64,000 nucleotides of DNA, taken from positions 4,880 through 68,879 of the IMG/VR virus record IMGVR_UViG_3300033066_001173, one strand, 5' to 3'. This document shows, one piece after another, positions 18,801 to 28,814 of the stretch. Every line of letters starts with the position of its first letter. Position 1 is the stretch's first letter. The stretch comes from a virus. Its lineage: Duplodnaviria > Caudoviricetes. The notes beneath the pieces were generated by a model. That model saw only the letters and a program-made list of their open reading frames with translations. It had not been told where the DNA came from and did no database searches. The position numbers and the translations under genes are program-made.

Positions 18801-19811
18801 ATGATTCTAATTAATGGGGTTAAGCTGGATGCTGAAAAGATTCCAGTGATGAAAAAAGCTGCGCTATTTGAACTAAATAGCCTATATAGTAGAGATCGGG
18901 TTGACACGGACACTGGAAAGGTTTACAAAACAAAGGCCGGATATTACAGTATACCAAGTTCTTATGTGGTGTATGATAAATCAAAAAACGAAAACGTAGA
19001 AATTAGATATGTAAAAACAGACACTCCGTTTATGGATGCCTCCGGGAAAGAGGTGAGAAGATATATGCCACATAAAGTTTCTTTTGTTGGAGGAATTTTG
19101 TTGGTCCAGGTTACAGATCCTGATTTGCTTTATTGGTTAAAAAAACACCCGTTCTTAGAAAAAGAAGGGAATAATGATTCTAGATTTAGATTGGTTGATG
19201 CAGCGTTAAATGCATCTGACAGGCAGTCGTCTCAGCTTCTTGAGTATCGTGCAATGTCTCTGCTTATTGGAGATAAGCAAAAAGCAATTTATGAGCAAAG
19301 AAACTTCCTGAAGTCATTGAGCTTAGGAAATAATGTTGATAACATTTCTGATGACGAAGTTACAGATGCGCTAATTACAGAAGCCAAAAAAGATCCATCA
19401 GCGTTTATTAAAAAATTCTCTAGTGCAGAAACAGACATGAAGTCCATGATATACGATGCAGAAAAGGCGGATTATATCAAGGTTGGGTCTGAGTCAGAAA
19501 AATGGGTTTGGGGAAATAAGGCTGGAATTTCAGCAGGGTCCACGATTGTTAACATTCCTTCCGGAAGAGTTCCGCTAGACTTCTTTATGGAGTGGTTAAT
19601 GAGAACAGATAACTCAGGAGTTTTAAATGAATTGCAGTTATTGACAAAAAGAATAGGCCATTCGGCTTCAACTCCAAAGGCTAAGGAAGATACGATTAGG
19701 GAGCTTATTGAGCAAGCAAAAGAGCTTGGAGTTGAGATGCTTGGAATAGCAAAATTAAGTGAAGCTGAGTTGAGAAAAAAGATCAAAGAAGCTCAACTAG
19801 TTCAGGACTAA
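18801..19811 (+). CDS. Conserved post-capsid protein with C-terminal Rho-N/HeH-like tail
   Basis: 336 aa; C-terminus LIEQAKELGVEMLGIAKLSEAELRKKI. Confidence 0.55.
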   Translation: MILINGVKLDAEKIPVMKKAALFELNSLYSRDRVDTDTGKVYKTKAGYYSIPSSYVVYDKSKNENVEIRYVKTDTPFMDASGKEVRRYMPHKVSFVGGILLVQVTDPDLLYWLKKHPFLEKEGNNDSRFRLVDAALNASDRQSSQLLEYRAMSLLIGDKQKAIYEQRNFLKSLSLGNNVDNISDDEVTDALITEAKKDPSAFIKKFSSAETDMKSMIYDAEKADYIKVGSESEKWVWGNKAGISAGSTIVNIPSGRVPLDFFMEWLMRTDNSGVLNELQLLTKRIGHSASTPKAKEDTIRELIEQAKELGVEMLGIAKLSEAELRKKIKEAQLVQD

Positions 19812-19884
19812 AAAAAAATAATTTTGTATTTAATATTTTTTATCTTTGTCAGGAATTCCCTGATGAGGATAAAAATATTATATA

Positions 19885-21690
19885 ATGGCACTTCCTGCAG
19901 ACCTCTCCACGCTAGTAAAGTTTAATAGAACAACAACTCCGGCATCGTTTCAATTTCAAGATGACACAGATTATACTTCTTTGTCTATCTCTGCTAATGA
20001 CATTAGGGGGGTCTATAAGGTAACTGATCCTCTAGGGAATATTATTCACAATAATACAAGCTTTGGAACGCCTGATATATTAGGAAGTACTTCTTTGTAC
20101 TTTTCTGGATTGGCCATGCCAACCGATATAAATAGCGATCCAATAGAAGGAACTTATTTAGTTGATTATAGCGTTGTTGTTGACAATCCAATAACTGCTA
20201 TAAACCAAGGTTCAAAGACATTTACTATTGCAGGAGATGTCGCATCTCTGATTCCTAACGGAAGCACAATTACAATCGTAAGGTCGTCCACTGGAAATAA
20301 TGGATCATACACGGTAGTATCTGCAGTGTATGGAGTTAGTACCGTGGTAACTGTTGTTGAGGCCATTCCTAATTCAGGAATAGGCGGAGCAAGTATGCAG
20401 TATGCAAATCAAGCGGTGTACAATGAAACTCAGGTGTCGGCAACATATTCAGACGACCTTCCTGAGTTACAAATAGAGTCGGAGGTTGATTGTTTTTGTG
20501 GAACTCTAAAAAGTATTGATTCTACCAACTATGGAAATGCTACTATAAATAGCAGAGTTCATAAGGTATATTATCCGGTTGCATTAAATTTTGCCCCAAT
20601 AACGTCTAGTAATGTTGAGGTTTTGGTTAGTCCTATTTATACTCAAACATGGACAACTACTCTTGAGGTTAATATAACCTATACGCTTCCTGATGGAAGC
20701 ACTATTGATGCAATATTGACTGGATCTAAAGAGACTATTGTTGATTGTGATTTAAGTCTTTGCCAAATATCATGCTGTGTTATTGCGCTAAATAACAGAT
20801 ATAAAAATAATAGAGTTGATAATCCTCAGCAAGCGGCACTGGACCTCGCTTCTCTTAACAGAATATTTCAACTTGTCGAGCTGTTTCAAATGGCTCAGTC
20901 TTGTGGTCAAACTACGGAGGCATCCATTGCGTTAACAGAAATTAAAACTATAGGAAATTGCGGAGATGCATGCTCTTGCGATGATAGCGATCTTCCTCAG
21001 CAAGTCGTTCCTTTGTGTACAAGTGGCAGCGGAACTAATGTGGTTGTTTCTGCTGGAACAGGAATTTCTATTAATACAACTGTTAATGGTAATACTGTAA
21101 CATACGAAGTTTCTATTTCGTCAAGTGTAATGAGTATTATAAACTCATTAGCCCCGGTTAATGTTGTTGGAGGAGTTGGAATAACGGTAGTAAAAACAAC
21201 TCCTGGTGGAGTAGATACATATACAGTAACTAATACCCTTCCGTTTAACCCTCTTGATACACAGCAAGCAAAATGCTTAATTGAGTATAGTAATTTTGCT
21301 GCCCCAACAGTTGCGCTAACAACTTCAAACATTGTAAGCGAGGGTCCGAATATGGCTCCTATGACTGTTGCAAGTTCCGGAAGTGTTGGCGTAGGATTAT
21401 GGAAGTTTGAAGAAAATTTGTTTGTTGTTTCTGGATTTCAAACATCTCCAAATTCTACCTATAAGCCTATTTTAAGTTTCACTCAATTAGAGACACAAAC
21501 CCTATCGGGTTCCATAACAACTCAGGCAAACCAATTTTCATCGGCCCAGCCGGTGGATATTAGGATACTTGATATTGGTTCAGGTACTTTTAAGTTTCAG
21601 TTTGTTGAAAAGGTTTCCGGAAATCCAATATCAAATTATGCAATGGTGTACAACTATAAAATAATGGTAAACATTGAAATTAAACAATAA
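19885..21690 (+). CDS. Virion structural protein with Cys-rich segment
   Basis: Thr/Ser/Val-rich beta composition with a Cys cluster in the middle; promoter TATCTTTG at 19841-19848. Confidence 0.6.
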   Translation: MALPADLSTLVKFNRTTTPASFQFQDDTDYTSLSISANDIRGVYKVTDPLGNIIHNNTSFGTPDILGSTSLYFSGLAMPTDINSDPIEGTYLVDYSVVVDNPITAINQGSKTFTIAGDVASLIPNGSTITIVRSSTGNNGSYTVVSAVYGVSTVVTVVEAIPNSGIGGASMQYANQAVYNETQVSATYSDDLPELQIESEVDCFCGTLKSIDSTNYGNATINSRVHKVYYPVALNFAPITSSNVEVLVSPIYTQTWTTTLEVNITYTLPDGSTIDAILTGSKETIVDCDLSLCQISCCVIALNNRYKNNRVDNPQQAALDLASLNRIFQLVELFQMAQSCGQTTEASIALTEIKTIGNCGDACSCDDSDLPQQVVPLCTSGSGTNVVVSAGTGISINTTVNGNTVTYEVSISSSVMSIINSLAPVNVVGGVGITVVKTTPGGVDTYTVTNTLPFNPLDTQQAKCLIEYSNFAAPTVALTTSNIVSEGPNMAPMTVASSGSVGVGLWKFEENLFVVSGFQTSPNSTYKPILSFTQLETQTLSGSITTQANQFSSAQPVDIRILDIGSGTFKFQFVEKVSGNPISNYAMVYNYKIMVNIEIKQ

Positions 21691-23603
21691 TGGCTGCACT
21701 TTCTGACTTAGGCAATAACAGTGGATTTCTTTACATCGTTGATTACGATGGTGTAAGTGTTATATCTTCACTAAAAAACAATACACTTAACGTAAAAAAA
21801 CTTCTTACAGACGCTTTAACGTCTGGGCCTCTTCCTCCAAATACTGGAATTTTTAGCACCTCTTATGGAAGAAGATATTTTATTAATTCTGCTGGAGGTG
21901 CAGTTCAAGGGGACTTAACTGGAGCAACAGAGATTTCAAGGAATGTTATATTGCGTGGCCTAGAGTCATCTCTGCCGGTAAATAACTATACAATAGCAAC
22001 TGGAGCTCTTACTCCGCTAAGAGATGCGAGTGTGATGGTTGTTAATGTTGATACAGAAGGATTGGCAGCCTCTGATAATCTAGACTCAATTTCGACAACG
22101 GATTTTAACACCGGAGACATTGTAATTTTCAGAGGTGTTAACGCAGCTAGGATAGTTACATTCCGAAGTGGAATGGGGAATATAACCCTAACAAGCGGAG
22201 TAAATTTCTTAACTGGCAATCAGGCATTTTCAATTTCTTTGCAATATATTTCAGGATCTGGATGGTTTGAGATTAGCAGAACCCCAAGTCTTGCAATAAG
22301 CGTGTCTGCTTTGAGAAATGCGGGTCTTGCAATTCCTGTTCAAGGGGTTGAGCTTACTGCTTTAGCATCTGGAGGCGGGACCATTAATTTAGAGCCAGGA
22401 GTTGATAAAGGCTATCAGGTATTTAATGGAACTGCAACCTTGGCGGCATCCTGGGTTATACAAATTCAAGGAGCCCCAGCTACTCCATATTTAGATGGGG
22501 ATGAAATGATTGTTGATTTTAGGGCCCTTCTTACAGTTGGAGCAAATTCTGTAACAATATTCGGAATCACCTTAACTGACATTCAGGCTCTAGAAGGAAG
22601 AATTATTCTTTATGCTAAATACAAGCTTTCAAACACCACTTGGTACTATAAATTAGTTTATGATGCATCCGGTGTTGATGTAACAAATAAAGCATACGTA
22701 GATACTACATTTGAGCCAGACGCAGGACTTCCTGCTGCTGATGGGTATATATGGAGTTCAAGTGCTGCTGGGGTGAGATCTTGGATTCCAAACACGGCGG
22801 GTGGAAGTAGTTACATAAATCCAGCATCAATGCCTTCGGCGGTTGGTGGATATCCGGCAGGAACCAGCTTCCCTGTTGCACAGTCTCTTCAGGAAATGTT
22901 TGATGGACTTCTTTATCCATATCAAAATCCTGCATTTACGGCCTTTTCTATAAGTGGACAGGCGACAACAATAGAGGCGGGTGCTTCTGTTGCAGCAGGC
23001 ATAAAGACCTTTAATTGGAATACTTCGAATGCTGCAAACGTGGCGGTTAATTCTGTTTATATAAGTGATTTAACTGCAGGGTCTCCTTTGGCTGGACCAA
23101 TTGCGAATGATTTTACTGAAGCAATAACTTTCGCATCTGCGATAACAATTGCTGGAGCAGGAAGTTATCAATGGAAAATTCAGGCAACCAATACACAGAG
23201 CGGAATATTTAATTCTCTTTTTACGGTAACTTGGTTGTTTAAAAAGTACATAGGCACTTCTGCTAACGTTGTCTTGACGGAAGCTCAAATAGAAGCCCTT
23301 GTAGATGCTCAGTTGTCTGCAGCTCCAGCGGGAACATATTTAATGGCAGCAGGGGGGTATAAATATTTTGCTTGGCCTGACAGTCTTGGAAGTCCTGTTG
23401 CATCAACCGGATTTAAAGATGCAAGTACTTTGTTGCCTATTTCAATGGCCACTGTTTCTGATAATGCAGCATATTCAAATATCCAAAATGGATGGTCGTA
23501 TGCGCTAATTAGTGTAACAAATGCACTTGGCGTAACAACAAATTATAGATTGTACAGAAGTCAGTTTACGTTGGGAGGAAGCATAACTATTATAGTTAGT
23601 TAA
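21690..23603 (+). CDS. Virion structural/fibre protein
   Basis: 637 aa, Gly/Ala/Thr-rich and beta-rich, in the structural operon. Confidence 0.6.
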   Translation: MAALSDLGNNSGFLYIVDYDGVSVISSLKNNTLNVKKLLTDALTSGPLPPNTGIFSTSYGRRYFINSAGGAVQGDLTGATEISRNVILRGLESSLPVNNYTIATGALTPLRDASVMVVNVDTEGLAASDNLDSISTTDFNTGDIVIFRGVNAARIVTFRSGMGNITLTSGVNFLTGNQAFSISLQYISGSGWFEISRTPSLAISVSALRNAGLAIPVQGVELTALASGGGTINLEPGVDKGYQVFNGTATLAASWVIQIQGAPATPYLDGDEMIVDFRALLTVGANSVTIFGITLTDIQALEGRIILYAKYKLSNTTWYYKLVYDASGVDVTNKAYVDTTFEPDAGLPAADGYIWSSSAAGVRSWIPNTAGGSSYINPASMPSAVGGYPAGTSFPVAQSLQEMFDGLLYPYQNPAFTAFSISGQATTIEAGASVAAGIKTFNWNTSNAANVAVNSVYISDLTAGSPLAGPIANDFTEAITFASAITIAGAGSYQWKIQATNTQSGIFNSLFTVTWLFKKYIGTSANVVLTEAQIEALVDAQLSAAPAGTYLMAAGGYKYFAWPDSLGSPVASTGFKDASTLLPISMATVSDNAAYSNIQNGWSYALISVTNALGVTTNYRLYRSQFTLGGSITIIVS

Positions 23604-23624
23604 TGTTGATATATAAAATATAGT

Positions 23625-24491
23625 ATGAGTGTAGTAGTAACCGGAACATTAGCCACCACATCTCCACTTGATGTATACGCAACGCACGATTCTTTTATAG
23701 GTCTTGGCGGAGCCAGAGAAGCAGCGACTATAGCTATAAGAAACGCTATTCCTGTTGAAAGAAGAACCTTTGGAATGTTGGTAACTGTAAATGCCGACGG
23801 ATCTCCTGGAAATAACAAAACGTATCAACTTCAAAACGTAGCACTTGGAGGTGTAAACAACACCCTTTCGGACAACGCTAACTGGATTGATTTTTTAGCC
23901 GGAAGCGCAGGGATAGGAGGAGGAGGAACGTTAAATTATATTCCAAAATTTACTCCTAATGGAACAACTGTAGGTAATTCTCTTGCATTTGACAACGGAA
24001 CAAACATTGGAATAGCAACTGTTTTGCCAACGGCCAGATTACACATCTTTGGATCTACGAGCGATAATACCGCTTATTCATTCAAGGCGGCAAATCTTGC
24101 CGGTGCTTTAAGTTTGTGGGCGTTAAATGATAGTACGGCTGGAGCTACTTCTTCTTTTGCGGTAGGCGGGGCTTTTGCAACGACTCCAGGAAACTTATTT
24201 TTTACGGCAGGGACGTTCAATAATTTTGCGGTAGGAAATACTAGCCTTAAGCCTCTTGGAAATCCAACTCCGCTGACAATTACCGGAATGATTCCATCTT
24301 TTGATGGACAGCGAGTTATCTTATTTAATTATGCACTATCAACGGTAAGTTTTACTCACCAAGATGCTGGATCTTCTGCGGCAAATAGATTTTATAATAG
24401 GACTGGTGCTACTGTAACTATCACTAATGGACAAACAATTGAGTACGTGTGGTTTAGCGCAGGATCAGCTGTTGGTTGGTATCAAATATAA
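23625..24491 (+). CDS. Fibre-like virion protein, paralog 1
   Basis: Shares an N-terminal ~95-aa module with the next gene; GTLNYIPKFT fibre motif. Confidence 0.65.
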   Translation: MSVVVTGTLATTSPLDVYATHDSFIGLGGAREAATIAIRNAIPVERRTFGMLVTVNADGSPGNNKTYQLQNVALGGVNNTLSDNANWIDFLAGSAGIGGGGTLNYIPKFTPNGTTVGNSLAFDNGTNIGIATVLPTARLHIFGSTSDNTAYSFKAANLAGALSLWALNDSTAGATSSFAVGGAFATTPGNLFFTAGTFNNFAVGNTSLKPLGNPTPLTITGMIPSFDGQRVILFNYALSTVSFTHQDAGSSAANRFYNRTGATVTITNGQTIEYVWFSAGSAVGWYQI

Positions 24492-24496
24492 TTAAA

Positions 24497-26368
24497 ATGG
24501 GAGTAGTAGTAACAGGAACCATATCTCAAACATCGCCCTTAGACACTTATCCTACCCATGACGCTGCTATAGGTCTTGGCGGAAAGAGGGAGGTTATTGA
24601 TGTTGCGGCTAGAAATAACATTCCGGTTGAGCAGAGAACCTTTGGAATGCTAGTTACTTGTAATGCCGATGGAACACCTGCTAATAATGTAACGTTCATT
24701 TTGGCTAATGTTGCCTTGGGAGGAACTAATAATACTCTTTCAGACAATGCTAATTGGATAGATTTTTTAGGAAGCAGCGGGGGAATAACATCATTAAATG
24801 GTCTAGCAGCCTCTTCTTATCCATCTCAATTATTTGCAACAGGAACCTCAGGAACGGACTTTGCGATTGTATCAGCCACTGGAACTCATACATTTAATCT
24901 TCCTGTCGCAAGTTCATCGAATACAGGAAAGCTATCAAATACGGACTGGAGTGCTTTCAATAGCAAAGTGGGAGGTTCAGGGACTTTAAATTATATTCCT
25001 AAGTTCACCCCAAGCGGAGTGTTGCTTGGAGATTCGTCCATACAGGATGTAGCTGGTGTTGTAACTATGGGAGCTAATTTTACTTGGACACCGACTACGG
25101 GATTGCTGAATTTAAAACACATGGGAGTTGGTGCAAACTCTTCTATCAGCGACCAATATATGTTGCACGTTAATGAAACGACAGCAGCTGTCAGTCCAAT
25201 AGGTGTTTATTCAGACCTAACACACACTTCAACTTCTTTAGCAACTAGTATAATAGGTATATCGAGCAGAGTTACGCAATCAGGCGGGGCAAGTTTAGGA
25301 GGTCTAACAGCTGGTATTTCTTCTGAGTTAGTTCTCAATAGTGCAGTAAATTTCCCATCAAACACAGTAAATGGATTGATTCTTTCAGCACAAAGCACGG
25401 CTTCTCAAACAGGAACAATAGCAACTTATTCGCATCAATTATTTTATACGCCAGTGTGGACAGGCTCAAAGCCAACTACCATGTATGGTTCGTATTATCA
25501 AAATATAGGACATTCAGGAACAACTAATTCTTATGCCATATATATCGCTGCGCAATCAGACTCAACAGCAAATTATGGATTGATTTCTTTAGCAACTAGA
25601 AACGGTTTTGGAATAGCTGCGCCAACATCAACGGTAGAAATATTAGGTGAGGGAACATCTTCAGCATTTTTTGGATTAAAGGTACATAACTCGACAGGTT
25701 CATCAAACTCTTTAATGGTGAGAAACGATGGTCATATAGGCATTGGAACATCAAGTCCTGACAATAAGGTTAGTATAGTTACAACTGGTGAGTTTTTCTT
25801 AGGAATGAGAAATACAACATTCTCTGCATCAGATGAAACTTTGGGCACTAGAATGTCTCAAAGTACAGCTGGCGAATTCTTATTATCAAATAACAATATA
25901 ACGTGTATAAGGATCGACAGCACCAGCTGTTTGGGATATAATATAGCTCCATTTTCAAGTGTATTATTCAGCATTGCAGGTAACGCAGCTATTGCCAATG
26001 TTTTTTATGTTCAAGGAAGCGGAGCTGAGCATTGTATGGCAATTAAGAAAACTGGAGAAATAGGAATGGGCATAGCATCACCAGTTGGTACAAAATTAAC
26101 CGTTCAAGGGCAAACATTAACAGCTTCAACTATAACTGCCGTATTCCATAATTCCAGTGGCACAAGCAACACATTAATAATTCAAGACGATTTGAATGTT
26201 GGTATAAACTCAGTGAGTTGGGCCGATGGAGTGAAAGTTATCGGCATTGGAAATGCAACAACAGTTCCAACTACCAATCCATCAAACGGCGGTATCTTAT
26301 ATGCAGAAGCTGGTGCGTTAAAGTGGCGCGGTAGCTCTGGAACAGTAACAACATTAGGGGCAGCTTAA
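24497..26368 (+). CDS. Fibre-like virion protein, paralog 2
   Basis: Same N-terminal module; repeated G.IGIGT..P motifs; C-terminal ILYAEAGALKWRGSSGTVT. Confidence 0.7.
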   Translation: MGVVVTGTISQTSPLDTYPTHDAAIGLGGKREVIDVAARNNIPVEQRTFGMLVTCNADGTPANNVTFILANVALGGTNNTLSDNANWIDFLGSSGGITSLNGLAASSYPSQLFATGTSGTDFAIVSATGTHTFNLPVASSSNTGKLSNTDWSAFNSKVGGSGTLNYIPKFTPSGVLLGDSSIQDVAGVVTMGANFTWTPTTGLLNLKHMGVGANSSISDQYMLHVNETTAAVSPIGVYSDLTHTSTSLATSIIGISSRVTQSGGASLGGLTAGISSELVLNSAVNFPSNTVNGLILSAQSTASQTGTIATYSHQLFYTPVWTGSKPTTMYGSYYQNIGHSGTTNSYAIYIAAQSDSTANYGLISLATRNGFGIAAPTSTVEILGEGTSSAFFGLKVHNSTGSSNSLMVRNDGHIGIGTSSPDNKVSIVTTGEFFLGMRNTTFSASDETLGTRMSQSTAGEFLLSNNNITCIRIDSTSCLGYNIAPFSSVLFSIAGNAAIANVFYVQGSGAEHCMAIKKTGEIGMGIASPVGTKLTVQGQTLTASTITAVFHNSSGTSNTLIIQDDLNVGINSVSWADGVKVIGIGNATTVPTTNPSNGGILYAEAGALKWRGSSGTVTTLGAA

Positions 26369-26390
26369 TAATCAATAAAACCAAAATAAA

Positions 26391-26723
26391 ATGAACTTAA
26401 AAATCACATCACAAATTCCATTAAGTACGGGGCAAACAGTAACTAATGCAATAGCTATGTTAGAGCCCACATTATCTCAAACACCATCAGGAGGACTATC
26501 AGGTCCTTGCGAAATTACTACTTATGTTAGCTTAGCGCTTAGAACAGCTGGGGCAGATAAGATATCGCCAGTTATAGCAAATACGTATACTAAAATAACA
26601 GCTTGTTCTATAACATTAACTCCAGAGCAAGCAGCAGCAGCAGGATTGCCATATACAATTTATCAAGTGGTAGCAGCTTATTTGACAGCTACTTATGGAT
26701 GGACTGTAACGGTTGAAATATAA
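26391..26723 (+). CDS. Hypothetical protein (possible fibre assembly factor)
   Basis: 110 aa following the fibre genes. Confidence 0.5.
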   Translation: MNLKITSQIPLSTGQTVTNAIAMLEPTLSQTPSGGLSGPCEITTYVSLALRTAGADKISPVIANTYTKITACSITLTPEQAAAAGLPYTIYQVVAAYLTATYGWTVTVEI

Positions 26724-26730
26724 CAGCATA

Positions 26731-27435
26731 ATGGCGTCCATAAATGACATAAAAGATATAATAAATATTATCGTAAGACAAAATACGACAGGTGGAAACT
26801 TGGACCCAAATCAATTTAATCTTATTATAAATAGGGCTCAAATTACTAAGTTCATGCGGTCTTATGGAAACCCTCAGGAATACCAAATAGGGAATCCTGT
26901 TCCTAGAATTGCATTCCAGACTACACAGGCAATTACTGATGAGCTTGGGATATTTATTAAAAATACGGACATTATAGTTCCTTCTACTGGGCAGTTGTCG
27001 TATCCTTCAGATTACGTTCATTTAATATCGCTTGGATTTGTTACAGGAGTAAATTCAAATGGATCGGTTATATCGTTGCCTAGACCAATAGAAATAGTTA
27101 ATAAAGAATTTGAATGGTACAGAAGGAGCAGTAAAATAGTTCCTCCAACAAAGCTAGACCCCATTGCAATTGAAGAGAATACTTACATTCAATTATATCC
27201 GGTAAATTTAGGGTCGGTTAAGTTCTCTTATTTGAGACAGCCAAGAGAAGCTAAGTGGGCCTATACAATAGCTAGTGGAAGGCCTGTTTATGATTCGGCG
27301 AACAGCGTAAATTTAGAGTGGAGGGATAACGACATTAATAGTATTATTTCTTTAGCGGTCTCCTATATAGGAATAAGCATAAAGGATCAAGAGGTTTCTC
27401 AATATGCAGAACTTAAAAGCCAGCAAGGAATATGA
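26731..27435 (+). CDS. Tail ring/adaptor-type protein 1
   Basis: About 234 aa, first of three similar-sized genes before the large tail gene; LSYPSDYVHL, FSYLRQP..KWAY. Confidence 0.6.
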   Translation: MASINDIKDIINIIVRQNTTGGNLDPNQFNLIINRAQITKFMRSYGNPQEYQIGNPVPRIAFQTTQAITDELGIFIKNTDIIVPSTGQLSYPSDYVHLISLGFVTGVNSNGSVISLPRPIEIVNKEFEWYRRSSKIVPPTKLDPIAIEENTYIQLYPVNLGSVKFSYLRQPREAKWAYTIASGRPVYDSANSVNLEWRDNDINSIISLAVSYIGISIKDQEVSQYAELKSQQGI

Positions 27436-28046
27436 TTACAAAAGAAATATTAGCTGAAAAGGTTCTTCGTAAATTAAGTGGCGGAGATTACTCGGCCAAT
27501 AACAAAGTTAAAAGGCAGGATGTTTATTTAGAAATGGAATCTGCATACGGGCTGGTTGTTCAGAATTATTTGAACGAATATGGAGAAGATGCAATGGGAG
27601 AGTTTATTACTACCTATGATTCTGTTACTGTTTCTAAAAACACTAATAGAGAAAGGCTTTATTCTGTATTACCGGCGCAGCTAGTTTCTTTGGATGGTGG
27701 CCGTGGAATAAGACAAATCTCTGGAAGCAAAGACGAAAAGAATGTGTTCATACCAATGAATGCAGGGGATGAAGGATTGTTTTATGGGCTGGAAGCAGAA
27801 AGTATTTATGGAAAAGTTGGGTATTGGCTAGAGGGCGTTAATGTTATTTATAAGTCATTGCCGGATTATTATGAAGGAAAGACGGTTATGATAAAAATGA
27901 TTTCATCTATTTACTCTTTGCCTGAGGATGCTTATATTCCAATTCCGGCTGGATTGGAAACGACATTTGAGGATGAGGTAATGAAAAGAATGGGAATACA
28001 AAAGCAGGTTCCGCAAGATAAGGTTGCAGATAATTCAGACAAATGA
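27432..28046 (+). CDS. Tail ring/adaptor-type protein 2
   Basis: 204 aa; ATGA coupling; synteny. Confidence 0.55.
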   Translation: MITKEILAEKVLRKLSGGDYSANNKVKRQDVYLEMESAYGLVVQNYLNEYGEDAMGEFITTYDSVTVSKNTNRERLYSVLPAQLVSLDGGRGIRQISGSKDEKNVFIPMNAGDEGLFYGLEAESIYGKVGYWLEGVNVIYKSLPDYYEGKTVMIKMISSIYSLPEDAYIPIPAGLETTFEDEVMKRMGIQKQVPQDKVADNSDK

Positions 28047-28813
28047 AGCTAGTTAGTTTAGATTACATTGTTAAGAATGCCATGATACAAATTGACGGAA
28101 GCGTCAATATGAGGCATTATCAAACATACCTTCAATATGCTATTCGTGGACATCGTGAGCTTAGGCTTTTTGCAACAACTAGCGTTAAGGTTGCCTTTTG
28201 TGAAATGCTTCCGAATAAGGCAATAAACCTTCCTCCTGATTTTGTGAAATATACTAAAATAGGGTTGTGTATAAATGGCCGTATTTTAACTCTTGGATTG
28301 GACAACTCGCTTTGTGTTGGAAATTCTTTCAGTGAATGCGGAGATCCTCTTCCAGTAGCAATTGACAATCTTCAGAATACAGATGCGGTAGAGTTAGGAA
28401 TTATTGCGTGGCCGTTTTTAGATCAGTTTAGAAATGGACAATATGTTGGCGGATTATATGGAGTTGGTGGAGGATTTAATAGTAAAGGTTATTACAAAGA
28501 AGACTACGCTCATAATAGAATACAGTTTTCTTCTGAGGTTCCGTCTGAAACAATTGTCCTTGAGTATATATCTGATGGATCTAGTCCGGACGGAACAGCG
28601 TCTGTACCTGTTCAGGCGGTTGAGCCTCTTATAGCATTTGTTCACTGGAAAAGATTAGAGTTTGATAGAAAGGCGAATCAGTACGATAAGTCAGAGGCAG
28701 AAAGAAAATACATTGTTCAGTTTAGAAAAATGAAACATTTTGATACCATGTTTACTGTTAAGGAGTACTTAGATTCTCAGGCCGTAAATGTACATCAAGC
28801 TCCAAAAAGGTGA
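28043..28813 (+). CDS. Tail ring/adaptor-type protein 3
   Basis: 256 aa; INLPPDFVKYTKIG, IVLEYISDG. Confidence 0.6.
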   Translation: MKLVSLDYIVKNAMIQIDGSVNMRHYQTYLQYAIRGHRELRLFATTSVKVAFCEMLPNKAINLPPDFVKYTKIGLCINGRILTLGLDNSLCVGNSFSECGDPLPVAIDNLQNTDAVELGIIAWPFLDQFRNGQYVGGLYGVGGGFNSKGYYKEDYAHNRIQFSSEVPSETIVLEYISDGSSPDGTASVPVQAVEPLIAFVHWKRLEFDRKANQYDKSEAERKYIVQFRKMKHFDTMFTVKEYLDSQAVNVHQAPKR

Positions 28814-28814
28814 T

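Noticed and set aside
8870-19360. Further CTGATGA hammerhead-core-like words (near 8877, 14601, 19349)
   Set aside because: They lie within ORFs and lack stem II, GAAA and stem III context.
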